Below, in pieces: positions 19,048 through 27,432 of a DNA stretch of 32,000 nt (positions are counted from its first letter, which is position 1; each line of letters starts with the position of its first letter). A program made the translations under genes and the position numbers. The notes under the pieces were generated by a model. That model saw only the letters and a program-made list of their open reading frames with translations, was not told where the DNA came from and made no database searches. The stretch is taken from contig LT962688.1 in the NCBI GenBank assembly GCA_900234795.1, positions 2,400,001-2,432,000 of the forward strand. The letters run 5' to 3'. Source of the stretch: Methylorubrum extorquens. GTDB lineage: Bacteria; Pseudomonadota; Alphaproteobacteria; Rhizobiales; Beijerinckiaceae.

Positions 19048-20695
19048 ATGTCGCGATTGAAATCGTCGGGCCTGCTGGCCTGCTGCGCCAGTCTCGCCGC
19101 CGGCCCTGCCGGACACGCGGCGGATTTCCCCAGAGGGGGACAGCGGACTGGCCAACGACTTGCGCGCCTGCAACGCCTACGGTGCCGGCTTCTTCTTCAT
19201 TCCCGGTACGGATACGTGCGTGCGCTTCTCCGGCCGGGCGCGCTACGAGGCAGGTTTCGTTCCGAACCGCAACCGCACGCAGAGCCAGGGTGACCAATCC
19301 CAGGCGCGCGGGATGATCCGTCTCAATCTCGATGCCCGCAGCCAAACCGATTACGGCGTCTTACGGGCCTTCCTCCGCATCGACGCCGCGAGCCGCACCG
19401 GCATCCTCCAGTCCACCGGTACGCAGCAGCGCATCGCCAATGCCTTCCCGGCGCTCGGTCAGGATACGTTCGGCCGCGTCCAGAACTTTTTCATTGCGGA
19501 AAAGGCCTTCGTCCAGTTTGCCGGCATCACCGCTGGCCGCGCCGCCTCCTTCTTCGACTTCTACGCGCACGATTATGAGATGAGCGGCCTCACGACCGGA
19601 TCCAATCTCTCCTCGACCAACCTACTTGCCTACACGTCGAGGATCGGCGGCGGCCTGAGCCTGAGCCTGTCGATGGAAGACCCGTTTTTCCGGAAGCAGC
19701 CGGTCTACGCGGCCTCCGTCGCGGCCGGTGCCGCCCCGCTCGGTGCGCCCTCGCAGTTCGTCGCGCCGACGGCGGCGCCGACACCTGTGATCCTGGCGAC
19801 CGATGGCGGCTTCAACGCCACGGGCGCTGCCTTCCTCGACGCCGTGCAGCGCTCGCGCATGCCGGACTTCGTGGCAGCGCTGCACTACGATGACAGTTGG
19901 GGCTCCGCCCATCTCTCCTCCGCCGTCGCGAACATCAATGTGGGCGGCTTCATCGCCACCCCGGCGCTCGGTCCGGCCGGCACCACCATCGCGAATGACA
20001 CGGCGGCCGCACTCCTGGCGGCGCGGGGTGTCACGTCCGGCGCGCAGACGGATTACGGCTGGGCGGTGCAAGCCGGCGTCAAGCTGAACCTGCCGATGAT
20101 CGCATCGGGCGATGGCATCTATCTTCAGGCGGCCTATGCCGAGGGCGCCATGAACTACACCGGCTTCACGTTTTTCACGGGCAGCTACGCCAGCAATCTG
20201 ACGCCGATTCAGGGGGCTTCCGTCCAGCAATTCGTCTCGGATGCCGTGGTCAACCCGATCACCGGCAAGCTCGAACTGTCGACGAGCTTCACCGTGGTCA
20301 GCTCCTTTCTCCATTACTGGACGCCGGAATGGCGCTCGGCTTTCTACGGCAGCTACGGTGCGCTCAACTACAAGCGCGGAACCCGCGAGACCTTCAGTAT
20401 GCTGAATGGGTTGGTCGGCAATTCCGCCCCGCCCAATGCTTTCGCCAATCCGGTTGCCTTCGGCCTCAGCCCCGTGCTTCGCGACACGGATCAGGTGATC
20501 GCCGGCGTGAGTCTGATCTGGTCGCCGGTCCGGGATCTCGATATCGGCATTGAGGGCACGTATATCGGCACTTCGGTCCAGAGCGGGCGCGTTCCGGATG
20601 CGACCTACCCGATCCTGGTGAACGGTCTGCCGTTCGTGACGGCCAATCGCCACGATGCGGGTCAGATCCGCATGCGCATCCAGTGCGATTTCTAG
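19048..20695 (+). pseudogene. outer-membrane porin (alphaproteobacterial Porin_2 / RopA-Omp2b-like family) with a +1 frameshift between signal peptide and barrel
   Basis: Frame 1 encodes the signal peptide MSRLKSSGLLACCASLAAGPAGHA/ADFPRG. The barrel continues in frame 2 as DSGLANDLRACNAYGAGFFFIPGTDTCVRFSGRARYEAGF... and ends ...IRMRIQCDF (C-terminal Phe). Frame 2 is closed by TGA at 19058-19060 and has no signal peptide of its own. Deleting one G from GGGGG at 19135-19139 fuses the two frames. Confidence 0.78.
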
Positions 20696-20820
20696 AGTAT
20701 TGCCCCGAAAGACGGGCGCGCAATCGTCGGCCGATGCGGGCCGGTGCAAACCGCCTTGCTCGTCGGGAAGGCTCCCCCTATGGCAGTGCCCGTCCCCCGC
20801 CTCATCGGCCGAGAGCTCCT

Positions 20821-21696
20821 GTGTCCGTCCTCACCACCCGCGCTCCGGCCAAGATCAACCTGACCCTGCACATCCTCGGCCGCCGGCCCGGCGACGGCTA
20901 CCATGCGCTGGAGAGCCTCGTGGCCTTCGCCGACGTGGCGGACACGCTGGAACTGGTGCCGGGCCCTGATCTATCGCTGGACATCTCCGGCCCCACCGCC
21001 GGGCCGGCCGGACCGCTCGACGACAATCTCGTCCTGCGCGCCGCCCGCCACCTCGCCGCAGGCGTGGAAGGTCTGAGGCTCGGTGCGTTTCGTCTGCACA
21101 AGCAACTGCCCGTGGCGGCTGGGATCGGCGGCGGGTCGTCTGATGCAGCCGCGGCCCTGCGGTTGCTCGCGGAATCGAACGGGCTCGCCCTCGACCATCC
21201 GGCCGTGATCGCCGCGGCGCGGGCCACCGGCGCCGACGTGCCGGTCTGTCTCGATCCGCGGGCGCGGATGATGCGCGGCGCGGGCGAGGAAATCGGGGCG
21301 GTGCTCGGCCTCGCATCGCTGCCGGCGGTGCTGGTCAATCCCGGCGTGCCGGTCTCGACCGCGCCGGTCTTCAAGGCGCTCGGCCTCGCGATCGGTCAGC
21401 GGCTCGACGGGGCGGAGCATCCGGTCGTCGGGTATAGCCTCGATGCGGACGCCGTGCTCGGCGTCATCACCCCCGCGCGCAACGATCTCGAGGCGCCGGC
21501 TCTCACCGTCGCCCCGGTGATCGGCGAAGCGCTGGCGCTGCTGCGGGCTCAGGCCGGGTGTCGGCTCGCGCGGATGTCGGGCTCCGGGGCCACCGTGTTC
21601 GCGATTTTTTCCGATGACGGGGCGGCGGAGACGGCGGCCGGAGCGATCCGCGCCGCGCAGCCGGGCTGGTGGGTCGAGCCGACGCGGCTCGCCTGA
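20821..21696 (+). CDS. ispE: 4-diphosphocytidyl-2-C-methyl-D-erythritol kinase
   Basis: GTG start gives [36 protein letters not shown]... The GHMP kinase motif is [21 protein letters not shown]. Confidence 0.9.
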   Translation: MSVLTTRAPAKINLTLHILGRRPGDGYHALESLVAFADVADTLELVPGPDLSLDISGPTAGPAGPLDDNLVLRAARHLAAGVEGLRLGAFRLHKQLPVAAGIGGGSSDAAAALRLLAESNGLALDHPAVIAAARATGADVPVCLDPRARMMRGAGEEIGAVLGLASLPAVLVNPGVPVSTAPVFKALGLAIGQRLDGAEHPVVGYSLDADAVLGVITPARNDLEAPALTVAPVIGEALALLRAQAGCRLARMSGSGATVFAIFSDDGAAETAAGAIRAAQPGWWVEPTRLA

Positions 21697-21716
21697 CGCG
21701 GCCGCGCCGCGGGCGC

Positions 21717-22739
21717 TCAGTGCGCCCGGGCGATGCAGAAATCGACCACCTGCAGCAGGGCGGCCTTCATCGGCCCCGGCGGGAACGGCTCCAGTGCCGC
21801 GCGGGCCTGATCGCCGTAGTGGTGCGCCCGCTCGATCGTGTCGTCCAGCGCGCGATGGCGGCTCAGGATGGCGAGCGCCTGCTGCAGATCGCCCTCCGCC
21901 CGATCCTCGCGTTCGAGGGTGCGACGCCAGAAGGCGCGCTCCTCGTCGGAGCCGCGGCGCAGCGCCAGCACGATCGGCAGGGTGATCTTGCCCTCGCGGA
22001 AATCGTCGCCGACATTCTTGCCGAGCGCCGCGCTGGTGCCGCCGTAATCGAGCACGTCGTCGATGAGCTGGAACGCGATGCCGAGATTCATGCCGTAGGC
22101 GCGGCAGGCTGCCTGCTCGGATTCCGGCCGTCCGGCTAGAACCGGGCCGACCTCACAGGCCGCCGCGAACAGCTCCGCGGTCTTGCCGCGGATCACGGCG
22201 AGATACTCGTCCTCGCTCGTCTCGATGTTCTTGGCGGCGGTGAGCTGCATCACCTCGCCCTCGGCGATCACGGTGGCCGCCGCGGACAGGATGTCGAGGG
22301 CGCGCAGGCTCCCGACCTCGACCATCATGCGGAAGGCTTGGCCGAGCAGGAAGTCGCCGACCAGCACGCTCGCCTCGTTGCCCCACTTGATGCGGGCGGC
22401 GACGCGCCCGCGGCGCATGTCGCTCTCGTCCACCACGTCATCGTGGAGGAGGGTCGCGGTGTGCATGAACTCGACCGCGGCGGCGAGCTTCACCGCGCCG
22501 TCGCCGCTGCCGTAATCACAGAGATCGGCGCAGGCGAGCGTCAGGATCGGACGCAGGCGCTTTCCGCCCGACGCAATCAGGTGGTTGGCGACCTCGGGGA
22601 TCATCGCCACGTCGGAGCCCGTGCGCGACAGAATGGTCGCGTTCACCCGCTCCATCCCGGCCGCGACGAGGCTCACAAGATCGGTGAGGCTGGCCTCCGG
22701 ATCGGAGCGGCCTTCATCGAGGGTAACGACGACGCCCAA
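21717..22739 (-). CDS. ispB: polyprenyl (octaprenyl/decaprenyl) diphosphate synthase
   Basis: GGKRLRPILTL, the first DDxxD motif LLHDDVVDESDMRRG and the second motif FQLIDDVLDY are present. TTG 22739 lies 9 nt after GGAGG and gives about 340 aa; the ORF-track start at 22850 is probably too long. Confidence 0.9.
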   Translation of the reverse strand: MGVVVTLDEGRSDPEASLTDLVSLVAAGMERVNATILSRTGSDVAMIPEVANHLIASGGKRLRPILTLACADLCDYGSGDGAVKLAAAVEFMHTATLLHDDVVDESDMRRGRVAARIKWGNEASVLVGDFLLGQAFRMMVEVGSLRALDILSAAATVIAEGEVMQLTAAKNIETSEDEYLAVIRGKTAELFAAACEVGPVLAGRPESEQAACRAYGMNLGIAFQLIDDVLDYGGTSAALGKNVGDDFREGKITLPIVLALRRGSDEERAFWRRTLEREDRAEGDLQQALAILSRHRALDDTIERAHHYGDQARAALEPFPPGPMKAALLQVVDFCIARAH

Positions 22740-22933
22740 AGCGCGATGCCTCCGGAAAAACTCTCGACCGGCACCCTGCCGGAACCCCTGCCCCGCGGCT
22801 GCCCCTGTCGCACGGGGCCGGCGGCAGGGCAACACGCGGTCGTGCCGCACGGCTGCGCAACAGCGTGGAGAATGTTACCAGCCGGAAGGCCGCGCGATCC
22901 GGCCACGGGGTGCCGGCGAAGGATGATGATGCC

Positions 22934-23161
22934 GTGAAGGAACTGATCCGCAGCAATGACATCGTCCTGATCGGCTTCGCGCGTTCGCTCCTGGAAGAGG
23001 CGGGCGTGCCGCTCTTCGTCGCCGACGAGCATATGAGCGCGCTCGAAGGATCGATCGGCGTGTTCGGCCGGCGCCTGCTGGTGCCCGACGACCATGCGCC
23101 GCAGGCCCGCCGCATCCTCATCGATGCCGGTCTGTCCGCCGAACTGCGCGACGAGCCCTGA
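22934..23161 (+). CDS. DUF2007-domain protein (putative signal-transduction-like small protein)
   Basis: GTG start gives VKELIRSNDIVLIGFARSLLEEAGVPLFVADEHMSALEGSIGVFGRRLLVPDDHAPQARRILIDAGL (75 aa), the pattern typical of this family. Confidence 0.7.
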   Translation: MKELIRSNDIVLIGFARSLLEEAGVPLFVADEHMSALEGSIGVFGRRLLVPDDHAPQARRILIDAGLSAELRDEP

Positions 23162-23172
23162 GTGAGCCACGC

Positions 23173-23925
23173 GTGAGCGCTGAGCCGGATGCCTTCCTCG
23201 GCGGTCGCCTGAGGCTGCGCCAGCCGCCCCGCGGCGCCCACCGCGCCGGCACCGACGCGGTGCTGCTCGCCCGCCTTCTGGCGCCCGCGCCGGGCGCCAC
23301 GCTCTACGACCTCGGCGCGGCCACCGGCGCGGTCGGGCTGGCGGTGGCGCGGCTCTGCGAGGCGGGCCGTGTGGTGCTGGTCGAGCGCGACCCCGACCTC
23401 GTCGCCCTCGCCCGGGAGAATGCCGCGGCGAACGGGCTCGACGCGCGTGTCGCGGTGATCGAGGCGGATATTCTGGCGCCGGGGGCGCAGCGCCGGGCGG
23501 CGGGCCTGGAGCCGGACAGCGCCGACATCGTGCTGACCAACCCGCCCTTCTTCGAGGAGGGCGCACACCGCCCCTTCCCCGTCCCGCAAAAAGCCTCGGC
23601 CCACAGCTTCGCGGCCGGCGGGCTCGATCTGTGGCTGAGAACCTGCGCCGACCTGCTGCGCCCCGGCGGCCGGCTCGGCCTGATCCACCGGGCCGATGCC
23701 CTGCCCGCCTGCCTCGACGCCCTACGCGGGCGTTTCGGCGATTGCGCCGTCCGCCCGGTTCACGGGCGGGCCGATCGACCGGCGATCCGCGTGCTGGTCG
23801 CGGCGGTGAAGGGCAGCCGCGCGCCGTTTCGCCTGCTGCCGCCGCTGGTGCTTCAGGACGAGGCCGGGCGCTTCACCCCGGAAGCCGAGGCGCTGCATCG
23901 GGGCGAGCCCTGGCCGGCGCCGTGA
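23173..23925 (+). CDS. SAM-dependent N6-adenine-type methyltransferase (TrmN6/YfiC-like)
   Basis: GTG start. The SAM motif is LYDLGAATGAVGLAVA and the catalytic motif IV is VLTNPPFF. Confidence 0.8.
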   Translation: MSAEPDAFLGGRLRLRQPPRGAHRAGTDAVLLARLLAPAPGATLYDLGAATGAVGLAVARLCEAGRVVLVERDPDLVALARENAAANGLDARVAVIEADILAPGAQRRAAGLEPDSADIVLTNPPFFEEGAHRPFPVPQKASAHSFAAGGLDLWLRTCADLLRPGGRLGLIHRADALPACLDALRGRFGDCAVRPVHGRADRPAIRVLVAAVKGSRAPFRLLPPLVLQDEAGRFTPEAEALHRGEPWPAP

Positions 23926-24008
23926 AGCCGGATCCCGGTCGAAGCGGGCGCCCGCTGCAATGGATCGGCTGGCGGCGTCCTGTTAACGGAGAACGGACCT
24001 GCCTCGTG

Positions 24009-24112
24009 GAGCCGTATCCGACCCCATTGCATCCGGTCGGCGTCTCCCGCCCCATAATTAGACGCGCAGTCTTTCGACGAATCGGTGACCGCTTCGTCGG
24101 GATGCGATCTAG
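24009..24112 (+). repeat. interspersed intergenic repeat, copy A (two-hairpin element)
   Basis: gagccgtatccgaccccattgcatc is identical over 25 nt to 28818-28842. The ungapped alignment continues for about 105 nt (tctttcg.cgaa.cggtg..c.cttcgtcgg.a.gcg). Hairpins are ccgacc/ggtcgg and cgacgaa/ttcgtcg with an 11-nt loop. Confidence 0.75.
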
Positions 24113-24150
24113 GAAGCCGCGCACCCGCGCGTTCTGAAAAAAAGGCCGCC

Positions 24151-25011
24151 ATGCCGCTGACCATCCCGACCTGGATGCGCCGCCTCCTGCCCCGCCGCTT
24201 CCGCGAGACCCCGCCGCGGGTCGCCGTGGTGCGCCTGAGCGGGGCGATCGGCGCCGTCTCGCCGATCCGGGCGGGCCTTTCCATCGGCACGGTGGCGCCG
24301 AGCCTGGAGCGCGCCTTCACCATGCCGGGCCTGTCGGCGGTGGCGCTCGTCATCAATTCCCCCGGCGGATCGCCGGTGCAGTCGCACCTGATCTACCGGC
24401 GCATCCGGGCGCTGGCGGCGGAGAAGGAGATCAGGGTCTTCGCCTTCGTCGAGGATGCCGCGGCCTCGGGTGGCTACATGATCGCCTGCGCCGCCGACGA
24501 GATCGTCGCCGATCCCGCCTCGCTCGTCGGCTCCATCGGCGTGGTCTCGGCCGGCTTCGGCTTCGACCGGCTGATCGAGCGCATCGGCATCGAGCGCCGC
24601 GTCCACACCGAGGGCGAGGCCAAGGCGATGCTCGACCCGTTCCGCCCGGAAAACCCGCAGGACATCGCCCGGCTGAAGGAGATCCAGGCCGACGTGCAGG
24701 CCCTGTTCTCCGGCCTCGTACGCGAGCGCCGGCCGACGCTCGACGCCAGCCGCGATCTGTTCACCGGCGCGGTCTGGACCGGGCGGCAGGCGCTCGATCT
24801 CGGCCTCGTCGATGCGCTCGGCGACCTGCGCGGCACCCTGCGCGCCCGCTACGGCGAGAAGGTCGATCTGCGGCTCGTGGCCGAGAATCGCGGATCCTGG
24901 CTCGCCCGCCTGCTCCGCCGCGCCGGTCCGGGCCAGACCGCGGCCGGACTCCCCGATGCGCTGATCGCGGCGGTGGAGGAGCGTGTGGCCTGGGCGCGAT
25001 TGGGACTATAG
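24151..25011 (+). CDS. sppA: S49 family serine peptidase (SppA 36K / SohB-like)
   Basis: VALVINSPGGSPVQSHLIYRRIRAL... DAAASGGYMIACAADEIVADPASLVGSIGV... matches the S49 family. ATG 24151 (MPLTIPTWMRRLLP) is preferred over the ORF-track start at 24085. Confidence 0.85.
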   Translation: MPLTIPTWMRRLLPRRFRETPPRVAVVRLSGAIGAVSPIRAGLSIGTVAPSLERAFTMPGLSAVALVINSPGGSPVQSHLIYRRIRALAAEKEIRVFAFVEDAAASGGYMIACAADEIVADPASLVGSIGVVSAGFGFDRLIERIGIERRVHTEGEAKAMLDPFRPENPQDIARLKEIQADVQALFSGLVRERRPTLDASRDLFTGAVWTGRQALDLGLVDALGDLRGTLRARYGEKVDLRLVAENRGSWLARLLRRAGPGQTAAGLPDALIAAVEERVAWARLGL

Positions 25012-25022
25012 CAATCTCGGAA

Positions 25023-25481
25023 TTGCTTACACTTCGTGCATATAGTTTCAGCCAGGTCTCCAGAAGCGATCGACAGTATGCATTGAGAATTGCATTGAAT
25101 TATTGCGACGACGTGTCCGAAAGGACGTCGGGTAGGAATAAATCAGTGCCCGCATCACCTGTTGACCGGATTGCCGAATGGATGAGCGTTGGGTCTAGGC
25201 GGACCGTTCTTAAATCAATCTACGTGATCGGGATCATTTTATCGCCGATCTGGGTTTCACTTTTCGTATATTTTACTATGAATTACGGATTTATTGATGC
25301 CGTCGGATTGGACTTAATTTATACGCCAGTATTCATTGGGACGGTCGGGTGTCTGATTCTGCCAATCAAATCCGTGATCTTAAGGATATTGATTGCTGTC
25401 GCCTACGGGCCAACATCGCTAGTTTTACTTCTTGCTTTTCACCTTAGTGTTGGATGTATGCTTATCGGGTTTTGCGTATAG
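25023..25481 (+). CDS. orphan small membrane protein in a low-GC islet (3-4 TM segments); start uncertain (TTG 25023 or ATG 25182)
   Basis: A 152-codon open frame in DNA of about 40% GC, where chance ORFs of this length are unlikely. The C-terminal 99 aa are MSVGSRRTVLKSIYVIGIILSPIWVSLFVYFTMNYGFIDAVGLDLIYTPVFIGTVGCLILPIKSVILRILIAVAYGPTSLVLLLAFHLSVGCMLIGFCV. No clear RBS is visible and I recognise no family. Confidence 0.45.
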   Translation: MLTLRAYSFSQVSRSDRQYALRIALNYCDDVSERTSGRNKSVPASPVDRIAEWMSVGSRRTVLKSIYVIGIILSPIWVSLFVYFTMNYGFIDAVGLDLIYTPVFIGTVGCLILPIKSVILRILIAVAYGPTSLVLLLAFHLSVGCMLIGFCV

Positions 25482-25592
25482 AGAATTAGAAAGTTCCTGC
25501 GCGAGCCTGAACGGCTTGCATACGTTATGCACCAAACGGACGACTTTCATAAATTCGTCGGCAGAATCGCACTTGCCGGCTTGAACGAGTTT

Positions 25593-25629
25593 CTGTACCG
25601 ATCGGTTTGCAGTTGACCGATCAGTACAG
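25593..25629. promoter_or_regulatory. 13-bp inverted repeat, candidate TetR operator at the DUF1348-tetR promoter
   Basis: ctgtaccgatcgg - 11 nt - ccgatcagtacag, with 1 mismatch. The left arm contains the perfect palindrome accgatcggt. The repeat ends 13 nt before the ATG at 25642 and abuts the RBS AGGAAGG. Confidence 0.45.
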
Positions 25630-25641
25630 GAAGGCTTTGCC

Positions 25642-26106
25642 ATGTCGCGCCCCCCGCTTCCGCCCTTCACCGACGAGACCGCTGTGCAGAAGGCGCGCAT
25701 GGCGGAGGATGCCTGGAACAGCCGCGACCCGGAGCGCGTCGCCCTTGCCTACACGCCGGACAGCGTCTGGCGGAACCGGGCGGAGTTCGTCCGGGGACGC
25801 GAGGAGATCGCGGCTTTCCTACGCCGCAAGTGGGCGCGTGAGTTGGAGTACCGGCTGATCAAGGAAGTCTGGGCGCATCAGGGCAACCGGATCGCCGTGC
25901 GCTTCGCCTACGAGTGGCGCGACGACAGCGGCCAGTGGTTCCGTTCCTACGGTAACGAGAACTGGGAGTTCGACGAGGCGGGCCTGATGCGCCACCGGAT
26001 CGCCTCCATCAATGATCTGCCGATCGCGGAAGCCGACCGGAAGTATCATTGGCCGCTCGGCCGCCGCCCGGACGACCACCCGTCCTTGAGCGATCTGGGG
26101 CTGTAG
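25642..26106 (+). CDS. DUF1348 family protein (NTF2-like fold)
   Basis: [107 protein letters not shown] matches the DUF1348 pattern. Confidence 0.8.
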   Translation: MSRPPLPPFTDETAVQKARMAEDAWNSRDPERVALAYTPDSVWRNRAEFVRGREEIAAFLRRKWARELEYRLIKEVWAHQGNRIAVRFAYEWRDDSGQWFRSYGNENWEFDEAGLMRHRIASINDLPIAEADRKYHWPLGRRPDDHPSLSDLGL

Positions 26107-26109
26107 GGC

Positions 26110-26673
26110 GTGGCCCGCACCGTTGCCGAACGGTCCGACGTGCTGCCGCTGCTCGCGGAGGTGTTTCGCGAGCACGGCTACGAGGGCGCGAGCCTGTCGC
26201 TGATCTCGAAGGCGACGGGGCTCGGCAAGGGCAGCCTCTACCACTTCTTTCCCGGCGGGAAGGAGGAGATGGCAGGCGCCGTGCTCGCCGAGATCGATGG
26301 CTGGTTCGAGTCCAACGTCTTCCGCCCCCTGCGGGAGACGGAAGACCCGGCGGAGGCCGTGGCGGCGATGTTTGCGACGGTCGCTGACTATTTCCGCTCC
26401 GGCCGCCGGGTCTGCCTCGTCGGGGCCCTGAGCCTGAGCGACGCACGCGACCGGTTCGCGGGCCGTCTCCGGGACTACTTCGCCCGTTGGGTCGAAGCCC
26501 TCGCCGCGGCTTTGGGCCGGGCGGGACATCCTTCGGCGTCGGCCCGCATGATCGCCGAAGAGGCCGTCGGCGGCATCCAGGGGGCGGTGGTGCTGGCCCG
26601 CGCCCTCGATCGGCCGGAGGTATTCGAGCGGATCCTGGCCGGATTACGGGTGCGGTGCCTCGCCCGACCCTGA
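26110..26673 (+). CDS. TetR/AcrR family transcriptional regulator
   Basis: GTG lies 3 nt after the upstream stop. The N-terminal HTH is FREHGYEGASLSLISKATGLGKGSLYHFFPGGKEEM. Confidence 0.88.
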   Translation: MARTVAERSDVLPLLAEVFREHGYEGASLSLISKATGLGKGSLYHFFPGGKEEMAGAVLAEIDGWFESNVFRPLRETEDPAEAVAAMFATVADYFRSGRRVCLVGALSLSDARDRFAGRLRDYFARWVEALAAALGRAGHPSASARMIAEEAVGGIQGAVVLARALDRPEVFERILAGLRVRCLARP

Positions 26674-26685
26674 GCCGGTTTCAGC

Positions 26686-26928
26686 TCAGCGCGCGCAGCC
26701 GGCCGGGGCACTGTAACCGGAATAGACCACCCGGACCTTGCGGGCGCAGGTCTCGGCGGCGGGCATGGCGGCGACCGGCGCGATCTCGACGGGGGTGACC
26801 GCCACCGTCTTCTCGACGATGCCGCTGCCATCCTGCGTGGCGAAAGCGTTCGAGGCGCCCATCATGAGCGACGTGGTGGCGAGCGAGGCCGCGACGAGGG
26901 CGGCGAAAACAGTCAAACCCGTGCGCAT
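26686..26928 (-). CDS. hypothetical 80-aa secreted protein
   Basis: The signal peptide is MRTGLTVFAALVAASLATTSLMMGASNAFA/TQ. Two Cys residues lie near the C-terminus. The RBS is weak. Confidence 0.55.
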   Translation of the reverse strand: MRTGLTVFAALVAASLATTSLMMGASNAFATQDGSGIVEKTVAVTPVEIAPVAAMPAAETCARKVRVVYSGYSAPAGCAR

Positions 26929-26993
26929 GATCTGTCCGAAAGTGTTAACCGCTCGCCGCGAGGGCCGGAGCGTGGCTGTTCATTTGCCGTCTT

Positions 26994-27019
26994 AACTTGG
27001 CAGAAACCTTTGCCGTTCC
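26994..27019 (-). promoter_or_regulatory. candidate sigma-EcfG-like promoter (GGAAC-N17-AGTT)
   Basis: The minus strand reads gGGAAC ggcaaaggtttctgcca AGTT aag, about 65 nt upstream of the ATG at 26928. Confidence 0.3.
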
Positions 27020-27178
27020 CGCGATGCGGCTGCGTCCGGTAAAAAGATGTGCCGGGGCGCACCGGGGCCCCGCCACGGGCCCCGTTCGGCCCTTGGCCTC
27101 GTAAATGCCGGCCGGCGCCCCATATGAAGGACACCCTCCGCGCAATCCCGTGCTTTGGGCGTTTTTGCGGAGACCGAT

Positions 27179-27337
27179 ATGGCTTATTCTTCGGATAAGG
27201 GCGGCGCACGCCCCGTGTCAGCGACCGACTTCAACGACCGCGTGAAGCAGTTGCTGGCGGACAAGCCGGCAATCCAGGCCGTGCCGAAGGACCGGACGGC
27301 CAAGCGGAACTTCACCCGCTCCGCACCCCGGGCCTAG
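27179..27337 (+). CDS. hypothetical 52-aa protein
   Basis: ATG lies 5 nt after GCGGAGA. The product is MAYSSDKGGARPVSATDFNDRVKQLLADKPAIQAVPKDRTAKRNFTRSAPRA. Third-position GC is high. I recognise no family. Confidence 0.4.
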   Translation: MAYSSDKGGARPVSATDFNDRVKQLLADKPAIQAVPKDRTAKRNFTRSAPRA

Positions 27338-27432
27338 ACCGATGACAGGGGGCGGCCCCGGCAGCGAGTTTGCTTGACACCCCGCCCCCCGCTCTTAAAC
27401 GGTCCGGCAGCTTCCCTCCTGTCGGACCTTCC

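Noticed and set aside
19135-19139. Programmed phase variation of the porin through the G-tract.
   Set aside because: It is kept only as a minor possibility. Five G residues is shorter than the tracts (usually 8 or more) that slip at useful rates. An identical lesion in a cytoplasmic enzyme gene favours sequencing error or random decay.
25425-25700. 91-aa minus-strand ORF overlapping the end of the orphan ORF and the DUF1348 start.
   Set aside because: It spans the operator and promoter region and the start of a well-supported gene. It has no RBS and no recognisable features.
26303-26313. tRNA T-arm-like motif GGTTCGAGTCC; a similar ggttcga occurs near 8470.
   Set aside because: Both lie inside well-supported coding sequences (TetR and ParE). 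Neither has flanking acceptor, D or anticodon stems. No tRNA gene is present in the window.
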